Below are positions 30,276-39,381 of a stretch of 64,000 nt of DNA, one piece after another (within the stretch, counting starts at the first letter, position 1; each line of letters opens with the position of its first letter). Source of the DNA: Chloroflexota bacterium (GTDB taxonomy: Bacteria; Vulcanimicrobiota; JAMCWD01); assembly GCA_023475345.1 (NCBI GenBank), contig JAMCWD010000013.1:45436-109435 (forward strand). Direction: 5' to 3'. Under the pieces are notes generated by a model that worked only from the letters and a program-made list of their open reading frames with translations, had not been told where the DNA came from and did not search any database. The translations under genes and the position numbers were made by a program.

Positions 30276-32375
30276 ATGGCCGGATCTTATAAATTTCAAC
30301 GCGGTAATTTTCGCAGTAGAAATTTAATTTTGCTGGCGGCGGCGGTTATTATTTGCTTGAATTTAACCGGTTGTGGGACGGGCAGTAAAGGCCGGGGAGA
30401 TATTTCCGGGGGGAATATCTCAAATGCTGGCAGCGCCATGGAGCAGTCCGATACTAATTCCCCGATTAACAGCCTGTCCGATATAAAAGAGTCGCTTGAT
30501 AAAGGCGACATCAACCAGGAAAGAGCCTGGCAGATTCTCAACCCTCTGCTGAAGGAAAAGCCCGACGATGCCGGGCTTCTGCTGCTTAAATCAAGGCTTT
30601 TATGGTCTGAAGACAGGCTGGATGAATCCCAAAAAATTCTTGATATTATCCTTGAAAAAAATCCCGATGATAAAGACGCTATTGCGTTTAAAGCCAGAAT
30701 GCTTCTGGATCAGTTCGATAACGAGGACGCCGATAAAATGCTTGAGAATCCCGGCGAGTTCTCGCCCGATGAATATCAGGAACAGCTTTTAGTAGCGCGG
30801 GGTTTATTCCAGGAACAGAAATATAAAAAAGCGGAGACAAAGCTTCTGGATATTATCAAAAAACGCCCTGATTATGTCGATGCTTATTTATTACTTGCAG
30901 ACGTTTACGACGGGGGACTCCAGCCTGAAAAAGGAAAGAAATTCCTTGAGAGTGCTTTAAAGAGGAAATGGCCCAACAATGCAGATAAAACGAACCTCTT
31001 TGTCAGGCTGGGGGAGATTTATGAAAGAAAGGGCAGGGAAGACGAGGCTGTTAAATATTTCAAAAAGGCCTTGAAAGTAAAGCCGGACAACTCATTTGCA
31101 AAGGCTAAAATCTCCATGTGTACCAACGATTTCGAGATCCCGGGGGAACTCGAAGAAGGCATGACAAAATCCCTGGACTCGGCTGACGGCAGTTCTTACG
31201 CTTATTTCGCCCTTGCTAAAATCTATTATAACGACGGCCGCAAGGACAGGGGAAGAAGAATGTTGTACGAGGCATTGAAGAAATTCCCGCTTGAGATGGA
31301 AGGCTATTACCTGCTCGGTCAGTTTTCGTTCGAGGACAAGGAGTACAGCGAGTCCCAGATGGCATACGCTCATTCACGGGCGCTGCAGGTGGAAGATTAT
31401 GATACGTTCCTGGGAAGGGCGCTTCTGGATCTTGTAAGGAGGGATTTCGATTCGGCAAATAAGATCCTGTCTGTCATAAAGATCCCGAAGCTGTTAACCG
31501 TCAGGCACTATCGAAAAGTGGGAGATACATATCTTTTCCACCTCCGGGATTATGAGACCGCCCGCAAATATTACAACAAAGCTCTTAAATACAGGGGTCC
31601 GGATGATGATACCAGTATGGCGCTTGCGAACCTCGGATCGATTGAGCTTAAAGAAAACAGGGACAGTGAAGCTGAAAAATATTTTCAGAGGGCCATCAGG
31701 CAAATACCGGGCGACATCAGTATATACACTCAGATAATTCCCGCCATGATACTGAACCGCCGGTACGATACGGCCAGAAGATATATGTCGTTGTATGAGA
31801 AGAACAAATCCGGGATGAATAAAAAGGTCAGCGACGCTCTGCACGTTCGTTGTGCTTATAGCTACATGATGAACGGAGATTTTGAAGAGGCTCGTAAAAT
31901 TCTTGATAAAGCCATGAAAGTAAATCCGTATAACCCTGTGGTAGAGAACCTCATGGGAAAAATCGAGATGCTCCAGGGCAATAATAAAAAGGCCGGAGAA
32001 TATTTCAAGTGGCTGACCGAGAAAAATATTACAGATACGAGCATGTTGATTTTCCAGGGTTTGATAGCAGAGGAAGAAGGGGATAAGAGCGGGGCCGGGC
32101 AGTATTACAACCGGGCCGGGGAAAGCCTCGGGAACTCCGGCGAAGTAGAATACCAGAAAGCCTGGATATATTCTTTAAAAAGGAACAAGGCCGAATCTTT
32201 AAGGTATCTTCGCGAAGCATGCAATAAAGATATCTATTATGCCGCCAGGGCATACAGCGATGAAGCCTTCGACTGGATGAGAGGCGACCCGTTCTTTCAA
32301 TCCGAACTGCCCGGATTGATAAAGCAGATAAAAAGCAAAAAGCCCTTCCCTTCGGCGAAAGAACTCAAGTGGTAA
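30276..32375 (+). CDS. TPR-repeat lipoprotein, paralog 9 of 9
   Basis: It has the signal 'NLTGCGTGS' and the conserved C-terminal 'YYAARAYSDEAFDWMRGDPFFQSELPGLIKQIKSK'. Confidence 0.75.
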   Translation: MAGSYKFQRGNFRSRNLILLAAAVIICLNLTGCGTGSKGRGDISGGNISNAGSAMEQSDTNSPINSLSDIKESLDKGDINQERAWQILNPLLKEKPDDAGLLLLKSRLLWSEDRLDESQKILDIILEKNPDDKDAIAFKARMLLDQFDNEDADKMLENPGEFSPDEYQEQLLVARGLFQEQKYKKAETKLLDIIKKRPDYVDAYLLLADVYDGGLQPEKGKKFLESALKRKWPNNADKTNLFVRLGEIYERKGREDEAVKYFKKALKVKPDNSFAKAKISMCTNDFEIPGELEEGMTKSLDSADGSSYAYFALAKIYYNDGRKDRGRRMLYEALKKFPLEMEGYYLLGQFSFEDKEYSESQMAYAHSRALQVEDYDTFLGRALLDLVRRDFDSANKILSVIKIPKLLTVRHYRKVGDTYLFHLRDYETARKYYNKALKYRGPDDDTSMALANLGSIELKENRDSEAEKYFQRAIRQIPGDISIYTQIIPAMILNRRYDTARRYMSLYEKNKSGMNKKVSDALHVRCAYSYMMNGDFEEARKILDKAMKVNPYNPVVENLMGKIEMLQGNNKKAGEYFKWLTEKNITDTSMLIFQGLIAEEEGDKSGAGQYYNRAGESLGNSGEVEYQKAWIYSLKRNKAESLRYLREACNKDIYYAARAYSDEAFDWMRGDPFFQSELPGLIKQIKSKKPFPSAKELKW

Positions 32376-32423
32376 ATATTTCAGGTGATGTGCGGTAATC
32401 TGCGATCAAATATCGATCAATAA

Positions 32424-33206
32424 TCACGCCAGGTTATGGAGCGCCTGGTCATCCAGTTCCACTTTCCAGAGGAGTTCTTTCAATTTCCGTAATGCACGAG
32501 AATGGATCTGGGAGATCCTCTGCTTGGAGATCCCCAGTTCCCTGGCCGCGTTTTCGAAAGGCTTGCCTTCAAAATAAAAATTTCTGATTATAAATTGTTC
32601 TCTATCGTCCAGGTAACCCACCGCCGTGCGCAGCAGTTCCTTGATTTCCGCGAATTCCACTTCCTGGGACGGGTCAGGGGAGCGCTGGCTTTCAACCACG
32701 TCCACGATGGTGATATCTTCATCATCCATTCCTGTAACGGGCTGGTCAAGCGATAAAAGGTAGATACAACCGAGGTCAGTGATAAGGTTATAGACTTCTT
32801 CCGAAGAGATTTCGAGGGCTTCTGCGAGTTCCTCGTGAGTAGCCTGGCGGCCGTGGACGAGGGTGAATTCTTCCATTGTATGCTGGAGCTTGCGGGTCTT
32901 CCCCCGTGTTCTTTCGGGGACCCAGTCCAGCGTTCTGAGGCCGTTATATATCGCGCCTCTTATTACGGGGTTTGCATAGGTTTCGAATTTGACGCCGCGG
33001 GACAGATCAAATAATTCAATGGCTCTGATCAATCCGAAGACCCCGTCGCTGACAAGGTCTTCGTACTCAACCCCTGCTCTCATTTTCTTTTTGATTGTGG
33101 CCGCAATATTTTTAACCAGGGGCATATATAGCTCGATCAGAACATCCTTGGCTTCTTTCTGGCCTTGGTTCTTATACGCCTCCCAGAGGGGGCCGAAATT
33201 ATCCAT
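32424..33206 (-). CDS. fliA: RNA polymerase sigma factor for the flagellar operon (sigma-28, FliA/WhiG family)
   Basis: It has sigma-70 region 2 ('YEDLVSDGVFGLIRAIELFD') and region 4 HTH ('LGISKQRISQIHSRALRKL'), is 260 aa, and sits in a flagellar gene context. Confidence 0.8.
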   Translation of the reverse strand: MDNFGPLWEAYKNQGQKEAKDVLIELYMPLVKNIAATIKKKMRAGVEYEDLVSDGVFGLIRAIELFDLSRGVKFETYANPVIRGAIYNGLRTLDWVPERTRGKTRKLQHTMEEFTLVHGRQATHEELAEALEISSEEVYNLITDLGCIYLLSLDQPVTGMDDEDITIVDVVESQRSPDPSQEVEFAEIKELLRTAVGYLDDREQFIIRNFYFEGKPFENAARELGISKQRISQIHSRALRKLKELLWKVELDDQALHNLA

Positions 33207-33236
33207 ATTTACTTGTCTAGGCCGGAAGCTTTACTT

Positions 33237-33536
33237 TTACTTTATGGTATTGCGCATCTGCTGGTAAAGCAGGTTGGCAAGACCGATGCCGTCAGCCTGG
33301 GCCCATGCCTTGGCCCGCTCCTGATCAAGCATGCTCCCGAACATTTCTTCATCCTTTCCCTCTCCGAAGAAATTGCTCTTCGGGATGCTCTTTCTCATCT
33401 GTGTAAAGAGCTGACTGAGGAACAAAGATTCGAACTGCTGACATGTTTCCTTGAGCTTGGCGTCCTCCTGTTGTTTGGAGGGCGCCATATCTGCGGCCTT
33501 CTGGACTTCATGAGGAAGTATTCCCCTGATTTCCAT
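33237..33536 (-). CDS. Rod-binding protein (FlgJ N-terminal domain-like, no muramidase domain)
   Basis: It is 99 aa. 'FESLFLSQLFTQMRKS...FGSMLDQERAKAWAQADGIGLANLLYQQM' matches the Rod_binding/FlgJ-N family pattern. Confidence 0.6.
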   Translation of the reverse strand: MEIRGILPHEVQKAADMAPSKQQEDAKLKETCQQFESLFLSQLFTQMRKSIPKSNFFGEGKDEEMFGSMLDQERAKAWAQADGIGLANLLYQQMRNTIK

Positions 33537-33618
33537 ATAGGCACCTCCTTGATGTTGTTCAAGGCGGAGGAGGCAAGGAGGGACCCGCCCCCTCCGGCTA
33601 TTGTTTAAATATCAGAAC

Positions 33619-34389
33619 TTATGACCCCTGGCTGAGCTGGTTGGCCTGCCTCATCATCTCGTCTGCGGCCTGGACGCTCTTCTGGTTGATTTCATAAGCG
33701 CGCTGGGCCTGGATGATGTTGATCATTTCCTCAACGACGTTTACGTTGGACTGCTCCAGGTAACCCTGTGCAAGCGAGCCCATTCCCGGAGCGGCGGGCT
33801 TGTCTTCCACCTTCTGCCCTGCTACCGGGGTCCATTCGTAAAGGTTGCCGCCGACTGCCCTGAGCCCTGCGGGATTGAGGAAACGGGTCAACTTGATCTG
33901 ACCGATCTCAACAGGCTCCGTGCTGTTCATGGGAATGCCTGAAACGCGTCCGTCCTGGCTGATCTCCACATTGGTAACATCCTTGGGGATCTTGATCCCC
34001 AGCGAATAGCCCGCCGAAGAGGTCAGGTTGCCTTCGCCGTCCAGCTTGAACGCGCCGTCACGGGTATAGACATCCCTGCCGTCGGGCATCTTCACCGAGT
34101 AAAATCCGTCTCCCTGGATCGCTACATCGAAATTATTTCCGGTCTGCCTCAGGCTGCCGGTGGTAAATAATTTCTGCGTGGCGACACTGCGCACTCCCAT
34201 ACCGATCTGGGTGCCTGCGGTCGCTTCGGTGCCGGGATCCTGCGTATGCGCATACAACAGATCCTGGAAGTCCAGCCTTGACTTCTTGAACGATGTTGAC
34301 TGGACATTGGCCAGGTTATTCGATATGTTATCGATACTAGCCTGTTGTGCCATCATGCCCGAAGCCGCGGTGTAAAGTGAGCGCATCAT
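33619..34389 (-). CDS. flgG: Flagellar basal-body rod protein FlgG
   Basis: It has N-terminal 'MMRSLYTAASGMMAQQASIDNISNNLANVQSTSFK' and C-terminal 'QAQRAYEINQKSVQAADEMMRQANQL', the conserved flagellar rod N- and C-terminal heptads. Confidence 0.85.
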   Translation of the reverse strand: MMRSLYTAASGMMAQQASIDNISNNLANVQSTSFKKSRLDFQDLLYAHTQDPGTEATAGTQIGMGVRSVATQKLFTTGSLRQTGNNFDVAIQGDGFYSVKMPDGRDVYTRDGAFKLDGEGNLTSSAGYSLGIKIPKDVTNVEISQDGRVSGIPMNSTEPVEIGQIKLTRFLNPAGLRAVGGNLYEWTPVAGQKVEDKPAAPGMGSLAQGYLEQSNVNVVEEMINIIQAQRAYEINQKSVQAADEMMRQANQLSQGS

Positions 34390-34431
34390 TTTAACATCCC
34401 TCCTAAATTTAATCTTATATATACCGAGAGT

Positions 34432-35199
34432 TTACCTGACACGGCCGATTTCGCCGACTGACTTCGCTACCATCTTGTCCTGCGTTTTCAGCACCTGCTG
34501 GTTTGCTTCATAAGTGCGCATGACAGTCATCATGTCCACCATCTCTTTGATGGCGTTGACATTGGCCATTTCCTGGTAGCCCTGCAAAACCCTTGCATTG
34601 TTCTCAACTTTGCCGCCCTGGGCGATAAAGTTGCTGTCCCCTTCTTTCTTCATGGAGCCCCTGTCATCGAATGTCGTAACAAGGATACGATCCGTTTCCT
34701 TACCGTCAACATTGACGACGCCTTCTTCGCTTACCTCGAAGTTGCTGCCCTTTACCTGGATCGGCCCGTTATGCCCCAGCAGGAACGACCCGTCCGCGGT
34801 AATCAGGTGGCCTGTCGTGCTCAGCCTGAAGGAACCGTTACGCGTATAACGTATCCCGTCCGGCGTCTGGACAGCGAAGAAACCTTTCCCGTTATCATCC
34901 AGGGCAAGGTCGAAGCTGTTCCCTGTCTGCTTCAGAGACCCCTGGGCGAAACTTGTCGAAGAGGAATGGAAAAGCATACCTACCGTATCTACTCCTCCTC
35001 CCGCCTGCATGAATCCCTCGGGCTGTGTCGGGTTAACGTTGGCAAGTTCTTTATTCAGCACTTCGCTGAACGAACTTACCGCAAACTTGTCCTTGCGGAA
35101 ACCCGCCGTGCCCACATTGGCCAGGTTGTTTGCTATGATATTCTGCTGTTCCAGCGAGGCTATCATCCCCTGTGCCGCCATCTTCATTCCGTCTAACAT
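34432..35199 (-). CDS. flgF: Flagellar basal-body rod protein FlgF (or second FlgG-family rod protein)
   Basis: It has 'MLDGMKMAAQGMIASLEQQNIIANNLANVGTAGFRK' and C-terminal 'MRTYEANQQVLKTQDKM'. The RBS 'ggaggtgagataaATG' fits. Confidence 0.75.
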   Translation of the reverse strand: MLDGMKMAAQGMIASLEQQNIIANNLANVGTAGFRKDKFAVSSFSEVLNKELANVNPTQPEGFMQAGGGVDTVGMLFHSSSTSFAQGSLKQTGNSFDLALDDNGKGFFAVQTPDGIRYTRNGSFRLSTTGHLITADGSFLLGHNGPIQVKGSNFEVSEEGVVNVDGKETDRILVTTFDDRGSMKKEGDSNFIAQGGKVENNARVLQGYQEMANVNAIKEMVDMMTVMRTYEANQQVLKTQDKMVAKSVGEIGRVR

Positions 35200-35251
35200 T
35201 TATCTCACCTCCGATTAAATTTCGGCTTTTCCTTCCATTTTGTTTGTAGTC

Positions 35252-35428
35252 TTAAGGATCCTGACCCGCCGCCACCTCCTTTGACCACTCTTTTCCGGTC
35301 CATGCCCGGTTGGCGTCCGACAGGAATTTCACTATCACGCCTACCAGGCCGTATATCTCCCGGGGAAGTGTTTCATTCCCCATGTTTTCCAACTTCTCTA
35401 CCGGCGCGGATTCTCTTTCTTTATCCAT
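35252..35428 (-). CDS. Unannotated small ORF (58 aa), translationally coupled between the FliK-like gene and flgF
   Basis: Its ATG lies 1 nt after the stop of the upstream gene. Hand translation gives 'MDKERESAPVEKLENMGNETLPREIYGLVGVIVKFLSDANRAWTGKEWSKEVAAGQDP'. It falls below the 60-aa cutoff of the ORF track. Confidence 0.3.
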   Translation of the reverse strand: MDKERESAPVEKLENMGNETLPREIYGLVGVIVKFLSDANRAWTGKEWSKEVAAGQDP

Positions 35429-35429
35429 C

Positions 35430-36638
35430 TTATATCTCCATATCCACCCGTTCCAGAGGCTTCTCTTCCGTGAAAATTTCTCTTGTATCTTCTTCCAGGC
35501 TCCGTGTCCTTATCTGCCCGATCCAGTAGCCCAGATTCCTTATGCCCTCCTCGAGAGCCGGGATAAACCGCCTGATAAATTCTTCAACCTGCTGCGTTTC
35601 CGTTTCTATCTCCAGTTCCACCGAGCCTTTCACGATCTCGCCCTTTACGCGGAGCCTTCCCAGGTATTCCATCTCTATTTCGAATTCGAAAGCCGTGTCT
35701 TCGGTCTGCACGATCCTTGCCCCGCCGTCTTCTACACGATATCTCACTTTGAATTCCAGAGTCGGCGTTTCTTCGTCCATCCTGACCGGCATCTGCATGT
35801 AATAATATCCCAATCCTTCCTGGGGGCGGGCCTGGTTGAGAAGCTGCTGGGCCTGTATGTTACTGATCACTTTGCCCAGCAGTCCTGAGAATTCTTCCGC
35901 TCCTTTTTCGCTACTGAGACCTGCCTGAAGCCGTAGGAGCGCCGTTTCAAACTGTTCCTTGCCTTCCCCTGCTTCCACCCCCGCCATGCGGGCCATCCTT
36001 CCGAGCGCTTTCTCCAATTCCTGAGATGTTTGAGAAGGGTCGAGGATGTATTTGCCGAGCAGTGCGGGCAATTCGTCCAGGCCGGAGAAAGACTTCCCTT
36101 CTTCTCCCCTGTTCATGCGGCGGAGGCTTTCATTAAGCTCGAAGAGTTGTGCCCCTATCAACGGGTGTGCTGCGAAGAATTGTGCCAGAAGCGTGATGTT
36201 TTGAGGGGTAAGCGGAAGAGAATTCGCCTTCAGGTAGCAGGCCGCAGCCGTATCCATCGGGCTTTTTTCCGGTACTCTCGAGAGAGCCGCCTGTAGAGTT
36301 ATTAAGTTGTCAAGGTTCAAGGGAACTCCGGACCTTACCATCCCGTTCGCCAGCGTGAGGTTCCCGGTAGTCGCCGGCTGTTTCATCTCCATCAGCGCCT
36401 GGGAAAAATCCTGTTCGGTCATGGGGCTGAAACCTTCCGGCTTCAGGAGTTGGGCCGCTATTCTGCCTGCCGCCTCACCCTGCGCTCCATGTCCTTCTCC
36501 CGTTGCCGGGAGCAGGACACCCTCCCGGAGGATTTCTCCTCCCGGGACTTTTCCCGGCAGAACCTGCCCCGCCTGCGAGAACATCTGCATTATCGATATT
36601 CCCAATCCCTGGATTATCGGGGCGCCTGGAGCTTCCAA
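35430..36638 (-). CDS. Putative flagellar hook-length control protein (FliK-like C-terminal domain)
   Basis: It has a Pro/Gln/Ala-rich N-terminal region. The C-terminal segment 'EFKVRYRVEDGGARIVQ...MEYLGRLRVKGEIVKGSVELEIET' resembles the Flg_hook fold pattern. It leads the flagellar rod operon. Confidence 0.45.
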   Translation of the reverse strand: MEAPGAPIIQGLGISIMQMFSQAGQVLPGKVPGGEILREGVLLPATGEGHGAQGEAAGRIAAQLLKPEGFSPMTEQDFSQALMEMKQPATTGNLTLANGMVRSGVPLNLDNLITLQAALSRVPEKSPMDTAAACYLKANSLPLTPQNITLLAQFFAAHPLIGAQLFELNESLRRMNRGEEGKSFSGLDELPALLGKYILDPSQTSQELEKALGRMARMAGVEAGEGKEQFETALLRLQAGLSSEKGAEEFSGLLGKVISNIQAQQLLNQARPQEGLGYYYMQMPVRMDEETPTLEFKVRYRVEDGGARIVQTEDTAFEFEIEMEYLGRLRVKGEIVKGSVELEIETETQQVEEFIRRFIPALEEGIRNLGYWIGQIRTRSLEEDTREIFTEEKPLERVDMEI

Positions 36639-36995
36639 TCGGACACCCCCTTTTGATTCCGCCGGATTTCCGGTTTGTTCCCATCATCATTATAAAAAAT
36701 GTCTATTGCCATATTATTAACAGAATGTTAAAAAAATGTAACTTTTAGTTAACATAACAGGCTTTTTTCAAGATTCCGTACCCCTTCCTCAAAAGAGCCG
36801 GAAATATCTTCAATTTCCTCCGAAAACTGCTTCAGGACTGATATTTAGACAGGATTTTTTTACGGCTGAATGATTTGAGTGTTTCAGGCAATTACCTGGA
36901 AATAAATTCTTGCTGACGTTGTTAGCAAGGAAACTTTCGGCAGGAATTTAGTTTGCCCCGGATAACTACCGAACCATATTGTTAGGGGGTGAATT

Positions 36996-37898
36996 ATGAA
37001 GCTGGGATTTTTTACCGCGTGCCTTCCTGAACTTTCACTGGAGGATCTCGCCAAATGGGCGTCTGAAAATCATTTTTCTGCGTTAGAAGCAGCCTGCTGG
37101 CCCAGGGGCGAGGGGGCGAACAGGAAATATGCCGGCACCTGCCATATAGACTGTGATTCCATCGACGAAAAAGAAGCCGGACGAATTAAAGCCCTGATGG
37201 ATAAATTTAACCTGGAAATATCCTCCCTCGGCTACTATCCCAACCACCTCGACCCTGATCCAGTCAACAGGGAGTTTTATCACGGCCACCTGAAGAAGAT
37301 CATGAAGGCCGCAAAGCTCCTGGGATGTCCCTTGGTGGGGACTTTCGCGGGAAGAAACCCGGGCAAAAGCCTCGATGACAACCTGGAAGATTTTAAGAAT
37401 GTCTTCTCGGGCTTCCTCGAAGAAGCCGAAAAACTGGATGTAAAGCTCATGATAGAAAATTGCCCGATGATGTTCGACGGCTACCCGGGGACCAATTTCG
37501 CCTACTCCCCGGAGTTGTGGGACCTGATGTTTTCGCTCCTGAACAGCGACAGGCTGGGGCTTAACTTCGACCCGTCCCACCTTTTCTGGCAGGGGATAGA
37601 TTACTTACAGGCGGCAAGAGAGTTCTCTTCGAAGATATTCCATGCTCACGCCAAGGATGCGGAGTTTTTAACGGACGTTTTGAATTGTGTCGGGATCTAT
37701 GGAAAAGGATGGTGGCGCTACCGCATGCCGGGCCAGGGTTCCATAAACTGGGGAAGGTTAATCAGCGTCCTTTACGAGGCGGGGTTTGACCGCGTATTGA
37801 GCATTGAGCACGAAGACCCGGTGTGGGAAGGCTCGGTTGAAAAAATACAACAGGGTCTTGCCCTGGGAAGAAAGACCCTGGCACAGTACATCGCATGA
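36996..37898 (+). CDS. Sugar phosphate isomerase/epimerase (xylose-isomerase-like TIM barrel)
   Basis: It has 'MKLGFFTACLPELSLEDL...' and the AP-endonuclease-2/XylA-like TIM pattern with conserved His/Glu/Asp positions. Confidence 0.7.
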   Translation: MKLGFFTACLPELSLEDLAKWASENHFSALEAACWPRGEGANRKYAGTCHIDCDSIDEKEAGRIKALMDKFNLEISSLGYYPNHLDPDPVNREFYHGHLKKIMKAAKLLGCPLVGTFAGRNPGKSLDDNLEDFKNVFSGFLEEAEKLDVKLMIENCPMMFDGYPGTNFAYSPELWDLMFSLLNSDRLGLNFDPSHLFWQGIDYLQAAREFSSKIFHAHAKDAEFLTDVLNCVGIYGKGWWRYRMPGQGSINWGRLISVLYEAGFDRVLSIEHEDPVWEGSVEKIQQGLALGRKTLAQYIA

Positions 37899-37958
37899 CC
37901 GGCCCTTTTTAAACCGCCCGGTACGATAAAAAAAGCCTGATTTATCCGGAGGTGATTT

Positions 37959-39098
37959 ATGATAAAGGCCGCCGTCATAGGCTGTGGTTTCATAGGCCAG
38001 GCTCACGTCGAAGCCCTGAGGAGACTGGGCGATGTGGAAGTCGCATCAGTCGCCGTTTCCTGTAAAGAATCGGCGGAGAGGGTTTCGAAATCTCTTTGCG
38101 TCCCGGCCGTTACGGATTACAGGGAGATCCTGGCCGATGAAAGCATCATATCCGTCCATATATGCACCCCGAATAACCTCCATTATAAAATGGCGGAGGA
38201 AGCCCTTTCTGCAGGCAAGCATGTTATATGCGAAAAGCCCCTGGCCATGAATTCCGAAGAAGGCCGCAGGATGTGTAAGCTGGCGGAAGAAACAGGCCTC
38301 GTTAACGCCGTTTGCTTCAATTACCGGTATTATCCCATGACTGCGGAAGCAAGGGGGCTGGTATTGAAAGGCGATATCGGGAGGACGTTTCTCGTTCACG
38401 GGAGCTACCTCCAGGACTGGCTCCTTTACAGAGGCGACTATAATTGGCGCCTGGATGTGGGAGCGGGGGGCAGGATGAGGGCCGTCGGAGATATCGGGAG
38501 CCACTGGGCCGACCTGGTAACAAGAATAACCGGGCTTGTTCTCGAGACGGTATGTTCGGATCTCGGCACTTTTCATAAAGAGCGCCTGAAGCCTGCGGGC
38601 ATAAGCCCGACTTTTGAAAAATCGAAGAAATCTGAAGCGGAGCCTTTCCCTGTAGAGACCGAAGATTACGGCGGAGTCCTGGTCAGGTTTAAAGGCGGGG
38701 CCAGGGGTATATTTTATGTTTCACAGGTCAGCGCCGGGAGGAAGAACCGGCTGACTTTCGAGATCGACGGCTCCCTGGGATCGATTGCCTGGAACCAGGA
38801 ACGGCCCGAAGAGCTTTTTCTGGGGAGAAGGGACGGCCCCAATAAAGTCCTCCTCAAATCTCAGGAACTTTTGTCGGAGAACGCCGCAAAACTTGCCCAT
38901 TATCCCGGCGGCCATCCCGAAGGTTATCCCGATGCTTTTAAAAATCTCTTCATATCGGTTTATTCGGCGATCAGGGAAGGAAAGCACAGGGAAGACGATT
39001 ACCCCACGTTCAGAAACGGCCTCAATTCGCTTCTCCTGGGGGAAGCGATTTTGAAAAGCCATGAAACCGGCGGGTGGGAAGAGGTGGAACAGTCATGA
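37959..39098 (+). CDS. Gfo/Idh/MocA family NAD(P)-dependent oxidoreductase
   Basis: It has the N-terminal Rossmann motif 'KAAVIGCGFIGQAHVEALRRL' and 'EKPLA' in the family-typical position. Confidence 0.8.
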   Translation: MIKAAVIGCGFIGQAHVEALRRLGDVEVASVAVSCKESAERVSKSLCVPAVTDYREILADESIISVHICTPNNLHYKMAEEALSAGKHVICEKPLAMNSEEGRRMCKLAEETGLVNAVCFNYRYYPMTAEARGLVLKGDIGRTFLVHGSYLQDWLLYRGDYNWRLDVGAGGRMRAVGDIGSHWADLVTRITGLVLETVCSDLGTFHKERLKPAGISPTFEKSKKSEAEPFPVETEDYGGVLVRFKGGARGIFYVSQVSAGRKNRLTFEIDGSLGSIAWNQERPEELFLGRRDGPNKVLLKSQELLSENAAKLAHYPGGHPEGYPDAFKNLFISVYSAIREGKHREDDYPTFRNGLNSLLLGEAILKSHETGGWEEVEQS

Positions 39099-39381
39099 AG
39101 AGGGAATCTGAAAAATTCAGCGTCCAACTGTTTTCCCTCCTGCGAAAGATGTTGTTCCAAAAGTTTCTGCAAAATATTCCCCTCTTGGGAGTTAGGGGTG
39201 GGTTCTCTATTAAGAAATATTCCGGCAATAATACCCACCCCGGCCTTCGGCCACCCCTCCAATGGAGGGGAATTTCTTTCTGCGGACTTTCAAGCAATCT
39301 CCAATGGAGGGGAATCGTCTCTTCCCCGGCGGGCGGGAAAACCCCGCCCCTACAACAGGCACCTGCCTGTCTGGCGGCCTC

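Noticed and set aside
36640-36760. Possible sigma-54 promoter ('tggcaatagacat') upstream of the flagellar operon
   Set aside because: The spacing to any GC at -12 does not fit the GG-N10-GC consensus. No confident promoter call can be made by eye.
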